DNA from: an uncultured Gemmatimonadales bacterium
Lineage (GTDB): Bacteria > Gemmatimonadota > Gemmatimonadetes > Longimicrobiales > Gaopeijiaceae
Length of the DNA stretch: 64,000 nt
Direction of reading: 5' to 3'
Assembly (NCBI GenBank): GCA_963809895.1
Contig: CAWELD010000010.1
Span: 896,001-960,000, forward strand
The position numbers and the translations under genes were made by a program. This document shows positions 16,721 to 25,323 of this stretch, one piece after another (the stretch's first letter is position 1; every line of letters begins with the position of its first letter). The notes beneath the pieces are model-generated. The model was given only the letters and a program-made list of their open reading frames with translations. It was not told the DNA's origin and ran no database searches.

Positions 16721-19058
16721 AGAAGGCGTATTCCAGTCGGATGAACACCACTCGGCCGGGCTCTGCTATGGGCGCGCCGGTGAAGGGATTCCTGGCGTTC
16801 AGCGCATTGACGTACCACCGATCGCCGACGTTGTCCACGCCGAAGCGCACGCGCGTATCGGGAAGGAGCTCCGCCCCGGCGTGCAGGTCGAAGGTGGCGT
16901 AGCCGCCGGTGCGCTGTTCACCGCGGGCCGTGGCCACGCGCTCCTGGTCGGCGGCGGTGTGGGCGATGGCTTCCACGTTGAAGCGCTGATCGGGGCGCTC
17001 CCAACGGAGGTTGAAGTCGGCGTGCAGGGGTGGAATCCCCAGGACCGGCTCGTCCAGCGTCCGGTCCCGCCCCCACAGGTAGCCGCCCTTGCCGGTGAAG
17101 GTGAAGGTCGGGCTCAACGCCGCGGTGGCGGATACTTCGGTGCCCCAGAAGTCCGCCGAGCCGTTGATGTAGCGATACACCGTGTTGGGGCTCAACGGCA
17201 GCCGTTTGGGCAGGTCCGTGGCTTCCAGCGTGATGTAGTCCTCGACCCGGCGCGCGAAGAGGTTGAAGGACAGCGACACCGACGACAGCCGGCCATCGAG
17301 CCACAGATCGGCCTGCGTGCTGCGCTCGGGGTTCAGGCCCGGAGATCCCACGAACTCGGCGCTGGTCTGCGCCTTGCTGGCCGGGATCCGGTCCGAGTAG
17401 CGCTCTGTGGCGTCGGCGGTGCGCACGACCGAGCCCAGCCCCAGTGCCATGGACCAGCCCGCGGCGGGCTGGAAGCTCACGGTCAGGGCCCCGCTGACAT
17501 TGGTCTCGCGGGAGTCCAGATCGGTGCCGCCGCTCAGCGTGCTGGCGAAGAACTCGCTCACCGAGTCCGCGCTGGTGCGCACCCCGTCGAGGCGCAGCGC
17601 GGCGGCCAGCGACGCGCCCTCGCCCAGCGTTCTCGTCGCACGAGCGAAGAGGCCGGCGTCGGTGATGATCGCGTCGGGCCACATGAGGTCCGTGAACATG
17701 AGCATGCCGGTGTCGCGCCGGTGGATCGTGCGGGTGGCCTTTCGTCGCGCACGGTACAGGTCCCCACCCACCTCGAGCTGCCAGCGTGGATCGGGCGCCA
17801 GGGTCGCCGCCAGCCTTCCGCCCGTGACGCGAATGCTGGCGTCCACCGCCACGTCCAGCGGGAACGGCGGCATGCGATTCGGATTGGCCTGGGCCGTGGG
17901 CTTGTCGTCGTTGTCCATGGCGTGATTGACGTCGTTGACGTAGGCCAGCACGTCCAGGTCATCGAGCACGCCGCTGTCGCGAGTGACCTTCCACTCCGCC
18001 GACAGGTTGGTCGTGTGGAAGTAGTTGGCGTCCAGGATCAGGCCCGGGTAGTCGATGTCGTTCTGGTCCTGATATCCCCCGGCAACCACGAGGTCCGAGC
18101 CTTCGGCGAGCTCGTAGCCCAGTTTGCCGCGCGCTTCCCACGACGTGTAGCCGCCCGGAATCCGCGACCCGGCGCCGTCGGTGTAGGTGTCCCCTTCGCG
18201 CCACGCGCCCGAGCCCCACCAGGAGACCCGGTCGCTGGAGCCCACCACGGAGCCCGACGTCTCGGCCGCGCCCAGGTTGCCGTCGTAGCCGGTGAGCATG
18301 TGACCGTGCAGCGGCCCCGGCACGGTGGGGGGCAGATCCTGCGTGCGCACCCGGATGGCGCTCATGTTGCCGGCGCCCCAGGTGAGCGCGTAGGGGCCCT
18401 TCACCACCTCGATGTTCTGGAGGGTGCTCGGATCCAGGTGAGAGAGGGGGGAGTCCATGCGCGCGGGTCCCGCCGGAAACTGGCGCGTGCCGTCCAGGTA
18501 GACGCCGACCTCGGTCTCGCGCAATCCGCGAACCACGGGATCCAGGCCCAGCGATCCCCGGCGCACCGAGCTCACCCCCGGCAGCTTGCGTAGCAGGTCA
18601 CCGACATCCCGGGGATTGGCCTCGCGCGCCTGGCGGCCCTGGAGCTCCGCCTGCGGTCTGAGGGTCGGGCGCAGGACCGACACGTCGATGCCCGTGAGCG
18701 AGAGGGGGCGCGTCTCCAGGGTGAAGTCGACCCGTACGGTATCTCCGGCCACCACCGTGACATCGGTGGCGCCCGCCCTGTATCCGAGGGCCGAGGTCCG
18801 GAACTGGTGGACGCCCGCCGCCACGGGGCCGAGCACGTAGTGGCCGCCGGATCCGGACACGGCCTGGAGGTCGGATCCGACCAGCGCGACGGTGGCGGCG
18901 GCCAGTGGGTTTCCGTCGGACGAGGTGATGCGGCCCTCGATCCATCCCCGGGCCTGGGCTCGAAGAGGTTGCGCGACGAGGAGTGCCGCGCAGGCGAACG
19001 AATAGATCATGCGCCGGCGCACGCGGTGACGTGCGTCCGGCAGTATCGTGTGATTCAC
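16719..19058 (-). CDS. TonB-dependent receptor, OprC/NosA-like, with N-terminal carboxypeptidase-regulatory-like domain
   Basis: DPVVRGL, FPAGPARMDSPLSH, IEVVKGPYALTWGAG, NHAMDN, LNPERSTQAD, EPGR, terminal EYAF. Confidence 0.85.
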   Translation of the reverse strand: MNHTILPDARHRVRRRMIYSFACAALLVAQPLRAQARGWIEGRITSSDGNPLAAATVALVGSDLQAVSGSGGHYVLGPVAAGVHQFRTSALGYRAGATDVTVVAGDTVRVDFTLETRPLSLTGIDVSVLRPTLRPQAELQGRQAREANPRDVGDLLRKLPGVSSVRRGSLGLDPVVRGLRETEVGVYLDGTRQFPAGPARMDSPLSHLDPSTLQNIEVVKGPYALTWGAGNMSAIRVRTQDLPPTVPGPLHGHMLTGYDGNLGAAETSGSVVGSSDRVSWWGSGAWREGDTYTDGAGSRIPGGYTSWEARGKLGYELAEGSDLVVAGGYQDQNDIDYPGLILDANYFHTTNLSAEWKVTRDSGVLDDLDVLAYVNDVNHAMDNDDKPTAQANPNRMPPFPLDVAVDASIRVTGGRLAATLAPDPRWQLEVGGDLYRARRKATRTIHRRDTGMLMFTDLMWPDAIITDAGLFARATRTLGEGASLAAALRLDGVRTSADSVSEFFASTLSGGTDLDSRETNVSGALTVSFQPAAGWSMALGLGSVVRTADATERYSDRIPASKAQTSAEFVGSPGLNPERSTQADLWLDGRLSSVSLSFNLFARRVEDYITLEATDLPKRLPLSPNTVYRYINGSADFWGTEVSATAALSPTFTFTGKGGYLWGRDRTLDEPVLGIPPLHADFNLRWERPDQRFNVEAIAHTAADQERVATARGEQRTGGYATFDLHAGAELLPDTRVRFGVDNVGDRWYVNALNARNPFTGAPIAEPGRVVFIRLEYAF

Positions 19059-19059
19059 G

Positions 19060-19125
19060 GTCCTGCCCTCGGTGGCGAAGTCTGCGTGGGAGGGTCGACT
19101 CGACGGCAGGTCGAGTCGGCTCCGC
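19060..19125 (-). promoter_or_regulatory. Intercistronic hairpin / alternative anti-Shine-Dalgarno pairing
   Basis: Perfect 9-bp stem 19096-19104/19110-19118; 19101-19112 is also complementary (10/12) to the SD region 19060-19071. Confidence 0.5.
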
Positions 19126-19144
19126 TTCGAATGGCCTCGTTACG

Positions 19145-19561
19145 TCAGGCCAGCGAGGGCGGTGCCTGGGACCAGGGCAGCAGGTAGGGGATCTGGCGGG
19201 CAGCACTCCGGACCGGGGTGCGGGTCTCCAGGCGCACGGGCGCGGCCGGTGCAGCCGCGAGGAACAGTGGGGGCGCCGGAGGGGCCGTGGCCGCCGTGGA
19301 ACCGGGGCAGCCGCCTGCGCAATTGCAGGGCACGTGACCGAAAGGCCCCCTGGGCGCGGGCTCCTGGCCGTCCTGATGCTGGGCGGCGCTCCCCGAACCC
19401 ATGGGCATGGCATGGTGCGCCATGGGCATGGCGGCGGAACCCTGCTGCGATCCCATGCCATGGTGGGGACACGGCATGATCCCCGTGCCTCCCAGGGCCA
19501 ACCCCGGGAGGAGGGTGAGCGCGATGAGCGCGAGGGTCGGACGCTTCACAGTTCCGGACAC
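19145..19561 (-). CDS. DUF2946/CruR/CutF-like His-Met-Cys-rich leader protein
   Basis: Signal-like N-terminus; CPHHGM..MPMAHHAMPM; HVPCNCAGGC; Pro/Ala linker; C-terminal LLPWSQAPP; directly upstream of the TonB receptor. Confidence 0.7.
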   Translation of the reverse strand: MSGTVKRPTLALIALTLLPGLALGGTGIMPCPHHGMGSQQGSAAMPMAHHAMPMGSGSAAQHQDGQEPAPRGPFGHVPCNCAGGCPGSTAATAPPAPPLFLAAAPAAPVRLETRTPVRSAARQIPYLLPWSQAPPSLA

Positions 19562-19779
19562 GATGGTGCTGAATATGGACCCGGAGGCAGGTCCGCGTCA
19601 CCCCCCGTCGCGCGGGCGGGCGCGGGGTCGTGTGCCTCAGCGGGCCATGGCTCAGCCAGTCATCCCCGTCGTCGCAGATCGGCGGCACTCCTCGGGATCC
19701 CGTGTGTAACGAGCGGCCGAGCTTGCTGACTCCGAGTACTCAGGCGATCCGCTCTCGCGGACGTCTCGCGACAGAGGCC

Positions 19780-20381
19780 ATGTCCGTTCCCCCCCGCATC
19801 TTCCTGCTCTCTCCGGCCAATCTCTCCGGGGTGCGGGGTTCCCGAATCCTCGAGGGAACGTGTGGGGCCGGCTTCATGTACCGTCTTCTGCGGGACGAGA
19901 CGGTTCCGCTGGGTGACGTCTACGAGTTCATCAGCTCGCTCTACTACCGCGGAAAGCGGCGCTATGCGTGGACCTTCGGCCGGGCAGCTCCGGCCCACGC
20001 CAAGGCGCTGACGATCACGTCCAACCGCGGGCTGGTGCCCGACGACGCGCCCGTGACCCTGGAGGAGCTCCGGGGATTCGCCTCACAGGCCATCGATCCG
20101 TCCGATCCGGGCTACCGTGTCGCCTTGCTGGAGACGGCGCGGTGCCCTGTCGTGCCGAGCTGTCCCGGGGCGGCCGGGCGGTCCTCCTGGGCAGCATCGC
20201 CACGGACAAGTACCTCGAGCCCCTGTTGGACGTCCTGGGCGACCGCCTCCTGGTGCCGGCCGCCTTCGTCGGTCGCGGCGACATGAGCCGGGGCAGCCTC
20301 ATGTTGAAGGCCGCGGCGTCGGGCGATGAGCTGGCGTACGTGACGGCGGGCGAGGTGCTTCGCGACGCCGGACGGATCTGA
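19780..20381 (+). CDS. Conserved hypothetical protein (frameshift near 20140)
   Basis: MSVPPRIFLLSPANLSG..FISSLYYRGKRRYA..ITSNRGLV continues in another frame as VLLGSIATDKY..FVGRGDMSRGSLML. Confidence 0.65.
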
Positions 20382-20753
20382 GACGGCGTGGGAGGTGGCC
20401 GGGTCGCGCAGCGAACGCTGAGAAGACGAGGGGTCCGGAGATTGCTGCCGGGGTTGCCAGGAGGGCGGGGGACTCGAGGTGGATTGCGGTCAAGCGAGCA
20501 CGGACCCTCTTCCTGCCGGGCCCGTGCGGGTGCGGCGGCGATGATTGCCGCTTCGGCTACAATGCTCCGCCGCGCCCCGGTGGTCGCGCCATGGACCGGA
20601 ACTATTGCCGTCGGACCATCAAGGCATCGTGGATCACGCGAGGTTGCAGGGTTCTCGGCACGGCGGCGGGGGGCCGAACCTGGACGTCTACGACGTTCGC
20701 CGTCGGCGTCGGACCTCTGGCGCAAACCCCGCCGTATTGGGCATTCTCCTGCC

Positions 20754-22715
20754 ATGAGCCTCCCCGAACGCCTGGTCCATTGGGCCAAGGAAGCGAAGCG
20801 CCGGCGCGTCTACACCTCCGCCGTCGCATACATCGTCGTCGCCGTCACGGTCATGGAGCTGTCGGGAAACATCTTCTCGGCGCTGGACCTGCCGCCGTGG
20901 AGCTCGCGCCTGGTCGTCATCCTCCTGATGCTGGGCTTTCCGGTGGTGGTGGTGATGGCCTGGGTGTTCGACATCACGGCGGGCGGGGTGAAACGCACCG
21001 AGGCCGGGGGGAGCACGGCAGCCGCGGGACACCCTCGCGGCAGCCCGGTCAGGGCTGCTCGCCGGGTCCACGGAGGACCCAGGACCGCTGCTGCCCTGCC
21101 CGCCGCCACGTCCGAGCCGCCGGCCCCGCCTCCGGAGCTCGAGCCCGCGGAGCCACCGGACGCCGACCGCGTCAAGCGCGCGGCCATCGGCCACGTCCGC
21201 CACGAGCTCAAGACGCCCATCAACGGGATCCTCGGATACAGCGAGATGCTTCTGGAGGACCTGGAAGACGAGGATCGCGAAGAGCTGGCACCCGATCTGG
21301 AGAACATCCGCAAGGGTGGGCGGGAGCTTCTCAGGCTCATCGACACGACGCTGGATCCCGACCGCATCGAGCAGGCGGTGGACATCGATCTGGACGAGTA
21401 CGGCCGCCAGATCCGCGCGGACCTGCGCAACCCGATCAACGCGGTCATCGGCTACGCGGAGCTGCTCATCGAGACCGTCGAGGAGAGCGACCGACCCCAG
21501 TACGTCTCGGATCTACAGCGCATCCGCACGGCGGCGATGCGGCTGCTGGAGCTGAGCACGGACCTGGTCGAGGTGGCTACCTCGCACGATCCGTCGCTGG
21601 CGGACCGCGGTCGTCTGGGCGAAGCGAGCAGCCTCGCGCACACGGTGCTCTCCAAGGCCGGTCGGGCCGCGGGACCCGCCGAAGACGGCACGGGCTCGCT
21701 GCTGGTGGTGGACGACAACGGAAGCAACCGGGAGCTGTTGTCCCGTCAGCTCGCCCGGGCGGGGTTCATGGTGGAGGTCGCTTCCGACGGGCCTTCGGCG
21801 CTGGACCGGCTGGCGGAGCGGAGCTTCGACCTGGTGCTCCTGGACGTGATCATGCCGGAGATGGACGGCCTCGAGGTGCTCCGGCGCATCAAGTCCGATC
21901 CGCATCTGGCCCGGACGCCGGTGATCATGCTGTCGTCGTTGGACGACGTGGAGAGCGCGCTTCGCTGCATCGACCTGGGCGCCGAGGATTTTCTCCACAA
22001 GCCCTTCCACCCGACGCTCCTCCGGGCCCGTATCGGTGCGTCGCTGGAGCTTCGACGCGTCCGCAACGAGTCTGACGAGCACCGCAACGGTCTCGTCGGT
22101 GGCCTCACGCGAACCATGATCCGGGGCGCGTTCCCCGATGCCATCGCGGAGCGCGTGGGGGCGGGCGAGGAGACGATTCTGGAGACGTTCGGAGAGGCCA
22201 CGGTGCTCTGGTGCGACGTGGAGGCGGCGGCCCGCAACCGGACCCGCGACGTCGGGCTGATCGCGACGCGCACGCAGATGCTGGTCTCCACCCTGGAGGC
22301 CGTGGCCGAACGCCACGATATCGAGACGGTGAGCGCGCGAGGCGAGGGCGTGAGCCTGGTCGGGGGGGTGCCCACGCCCTCGCCGGACCACGTGCTCGCG
22401 GCGGCGGAAGCGGCGCTGGAGCTCGGCGCCATTCTGGCCCAGGCCCCCGAATTCGACGCGCCGGTCCGCCTCGGTCTGGACAGCGGCGAGGTCACCGGCG
22501 GCGTCTTCGGCCATGAGCGGAAGACCTACCGCCTGTGGGGCGAGCCCATGGAAGTGGCGCGCCTCCTGGGCGCCCAGGCCGCCACAGGGACCATCCTGGT
22601 CTCACCCAATGCGCATCGGCTCCTTTCGGGGCGCTACCGGTTCAGCAAGGGCTCGGTGCACGATCTGCCCGGTCGCGGTCAGATGAAGATCTACTCGCTG
22701 GAGGGGCCGGCCTGA
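20754..22715 (+). CDS. Membrane-anchored HisKA-HisKA-REC-adenylate/guanylate cyclase-like protein (degenerate cyclase)
   Basis: N-terminal 2 [56 protein letters not shown]; cyclase ATVLWCD..VRLGLDSG..YRLWGE..PGRGQMKIY. Confidence 0.8.
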   Translation: MSLPERLVHWAKEAKRRRVYTSAVAYIVVAVTVMELSGNIFSALDLPPWSSRLVVILLMLGFPVVVVMAWVFDITAGGVKRTEAGGSTAAAGHPRGSPVRAARRVHGGPRTAAALPAATSEPPAPPPELEPAEPPDADRVKRAAIGHVRHELKTPINGILGYSEMLLEDLEDEDREELAPDLENIRKGGRELLRLIDTTLDPDRIEQAVDIDLDEYGRQIRADLRNPINAVIGYAELLIETVEESDRPQYVSDLQRIRTAAMRLLELSTDLVEVATSHDPSLADRGRLGEASSLAHTVLSKAGRAAGPAEDGTGSLLVVDDNGSNRELLSRQLARAGFMVEVASDGPSALDRLAERSFDLVLLDVIMPEMDGLEVLRRIKSDPHLARTPVIMLSSLDDVESALRCIDLGAEDFLHKPFHPTLLRARIGASLELRRVRNESDEHRNGLVGGLTRTMIRGAFPDAIAERVGAGEETILETFGEATVLWCDVEAAARNRTRDVGLIATRTQMLVSTLEAVAERHDIETVSARGEGVSLVGGVPTPSPDHVLAAAEAALELGAILAQAPEFDAPVRLGLDSGEVTGGVFGHERKTYRLWGEPMEVARLLGAQAATGTILVSPNAHRLLSGRYRFSKGSVHDLPGRGQMKIYSLEGPA

Positions 22716-22724
22716 GTCCGGGGC

Positions 22725-23102
22725 TCAGCTCCCGGTGCCGACCAGGGCCTCGATCTTGCCCAGGAGCCGGCTGAGCTCCACGGGCTTGGTGTCGAAATCG
22801 TCGCACCCCGCCGCCATCGCCTTCTCCTGGTCTCCGGCCATGGCGTGGGCCGTGAGCGCGATGACCGGGATGCCCGCGGTGGCCTCGTCGCCCTTGAGCG
22901 TGCGGGTGGCGGTCCATCCGTCCATGATCGGAAGGCTCATGTCCATGAGCACGATGTCGGGACTGCCGGACCGCGCCATGGCGACCCCCTGCTCCCCGTC
23001 CACGGCGATGGTCACGTCGTAGCCGCGCTTGATGAGGCGTCTCGAGAGCATGTCTCGATTCATCTCGTCGTCTTCCACGAGCAGGATTCTGGTCACGGGC
23101 AT
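22725..23102 (-). CDS. Single-domain response regulator (DivK-like)
   Basis: ILLVEDDEMNRDML..VLMDMSLP..IPVIALTAHAMAGD..DTKPV; AAGGAG RBS. Confidence 0.92.
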   Translation of the reverse strand: MPVTRILLVEDDEMNRDMLSRRLIKRGYDVTIAVDGEQGVAMARSGSPDIVLMDMSLPIMDGWTATRTLKGDEATAGIPVIALTAHAMAGDQEKAMAAGCDDFDTKPVELSRLLGKIEALVGTGS

Positions 23103-23133
23103 CGTCTCCTTGGTTCTGAATTGGGGGGGCTCC

Positions 23134-25323
23134 TCAGCCTCGTGCGGACGCCTCTTCACGGGCGTCCGGGGCGGGAGGATCCGAAGGGGGTGCTTCCGCG
23201 CCGGAGGGGCGCACCGTGCGGGGAAGGCGGAGCGTGAAGACCGAGCCCTCGCCCGGCGTGCTGTCCACGAAGATGTCGCCCCCCATGAGGAGGGCGAACT
23301 GGCGGCTGATGACCAGTCCGAGTCCCGTGCCGCCGAAGCGCTTCGTAGTGGAGGCGTCGGCCTGACCGAAGGCCTCGAAGATGCGCTCGAGTTGCCGATC
23401 GGTCATGCCGATACCCGAATCTTCCACCGAGATCTGGAGCCATTCCACCCCGCGGGTCTGCTGAGGGCGGACCGAAAGGGTGACCGTGCCGTCCTGCGTG
23501 AACTTGCTGGCGTTGGAGAGGAGGTTGAGGAGGATCTGGCGGAGCTTCATGTGATCGACCGTCACCGGTGGCAACTCCTCCGGCAGCTCCATGACGAGGC
23601 GGTTCGCGTTGCGCCGCACCATGGGCTCGATGGTGGAGGCCACTTCCTCCACCAGCTTGCGCAGATCCAGCTCCTCCAGGAAGAGCTCCATCTTGCCGGC
23701 CTCGATCTTCGACAGGTCCAGGATGTCGTTGATGAGCGCCAGCAGGTGCCGCCCGGCGTGCTGGACCTTCTCGAGATCCGGGATGAAGTCCTCCTGGCCC
23801 ACCTCTTCGGCCTCCTCGGCCAGCATCTCGCTGTAGCCGATGATGGCGTTGAGGGGCGTGCGGAGCTCATGGCTCATGTTGGCCAGAAAGCGGCTCTTGG
23901 CCTGGTTCGCCTCCTCCGCTTCGCGACGGGCCTCCAACAACTCGCTCACGTCGTGGTACAGTGCCAGGATGCCGGTCTGTTCTCCCCTGACCTGAACGCT
24001 GCAGGCGGCCAGCTCGACCTCGATGAACTGGCCGTCCTTGCGCCGCCGCCGGCCGATGGCGTGGAGGGTCTTGCCCGACGCCGCGGCGTCGGTGTAACCC
24101 ACGGCCTCGTCCATGGTCTCCTGGGTGTTGATCAGGTCGTCGAGGTTGAGGCCCACTGCTTCGGCCGGGGACCAGCCGAAGAGACGCTCGAAGGCCGGAT
24201 TCAGCGCCACGATTCTCCCGTCCAGATCCGCCACCACGATGGCCACGGGGCTGTTGGAGACCAGGGTCTCGAAATACTGGCGCTGGGACTGGGCTTCGGT
24301 GTAGAGGCGGGCGTTGTCGATGGCGATGGCCGCCTGTGGAGCGAAGAGATTCAGAAGCCGGAGGTCTTCGGGCCCGAAGGTGCGGGCGCCGTCGGTGTGC
24401 ACGCTGGCCAGGGTACCCACGAGGCGACTGCCGATCATGAGGGGGACCACGGCCACGCCACGGGCGGTGGTGTCGGCGTATTTCGACGAGCGATGCTCCC
24501 ATTCCAGGTAGTTGGGGATGATGAGTGGCTCGCGCGTCTGTGCCACCATCCCCATCCCCCCCTCACCCAACTTCATGCGCGTGCCGATGGAGTCGCTTCC
24601 GATGTTGTGGCTGGCCACGATCTCCAGCTCGCGGGCCTCCTCGTCGTAGATGGCGAGCTCGCCACCCGTCACGCCGAGCAGGGTCACGGCGCGCTGGACC
24701 ACGCGGTGGAGCAGCCGGGACAGCTCGAGCTCGCTGGACAGGTCCTGCATGGTGTCCAGCAGCGCGCGCTGCTCCTGCGATCGCTGACGCTCGGCATGGA
24801 GCAGCCGTGCTCGACCGATGGCGATGCCCGCCTGCTGTGACGCGGCGGTGAGGATGCGAAAATCCTCCTCGCCGAAGGCATCGGCCTGGTCGCTCTCCAC
24901 GACCAGGACTCCGACCACCTCGTCGTCGACGTACAGGGGCAGGTCGAGCTCGGAGCCGTGCGCCGCGCCCGAGACGTATCCGGGTTCCTGGTGGGGGGCC
25001 CCGGAATAGTGGAGATGTCCGTCGAGGATGGGCCGTTCACTCAGTCCGTGCCCGGGCGTCAGGCGATAGCCTTCGTGGGCGCCTTCCCATCCCACGCTGG
25101 CGCGCAGCACCCGGTCGCCCGTCTCGGGGTCGATCAGGAAGACTCCCACGAAGTCGTAGCCGACGGCTGGATCGCGGAGCCCGTCCACCACGCTCTGGCA
25201 GACCTCGCTCTCGTCGCGGGCCGCTGCGATGCGCGTGCTCAGCCGCAGCAGGGCGGCCTGACGATGGGCCTCCCGGGGAGCGTCGGGACCGGGATCCAGA
25301 GGGTCCGGAAAGGGGGTGGTCAC
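23134..25323 (-). CDS. GAF-GAF-PAS sensor histidine kinase
   Basis: [43 protein letters not shown]; two GAFs and a PAS; GTG overlaps the upstream TGA. Confidence 0.9.
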   Translation of the reverse strand: MTTPFPDPLDPGPDAPREAHRQAALLRLSTRIAAARDESEVCQSVVDGLRDPAVGYDFVGVFLIDPETGDRVLRASVGWEGAHEGYRLTPGHGLSERPILDGHLHYSGAPHQEPGYVSGAAHGSELDLPLYVDDEVVGVLVVESDQADAFGEEDFRILTAASQQAGIAIGRARLLHAERQRSQEQRALLDTMQDLSSELELSRLLHRVVQRAVTLLGVTGGELAIYDEEARELEIVASHNIGSDSIGTRMKLGEGGMGMVAQTREPLIIPNYLEWEHRSSKYADTTARGVAVVPLMIGSRLVGTLASVHTDGARTFGPEDLRLLNLFAPQAAIAIDNARLYTEAQSQRQYFETLVSNSPVAIVVADLDGRIVALNPAFERLFGWSPAEAVGLNLDDLINTQETMDEAVGYTDAAASGKTLHAIGRRRRKDGQFIEVELAACSVQVRGEQTGILALYHDVSELLEARREAEEANQAKSRFLANMSHELRTPLNAIIGYSEMLAEEAEEVGQEDFIPDLEKVQHAGRHLLALINDILDLSKIEAGKMELFLEELDLRKLVEEVASTIEPMVRRNANRLVMELPEELPPVTVDHMKLRQILLNLLSNASKFTQDGTVTLSVRPQQTRGVEWLQISVEDSGIGMTDRQLERIFEAFGQADASTTKRFGGTGLGLVISRQFALLMGGDIFVDSTPGEGSVFTLRLPRTVRPSGAEAPPSDPPAPDAREEASARG

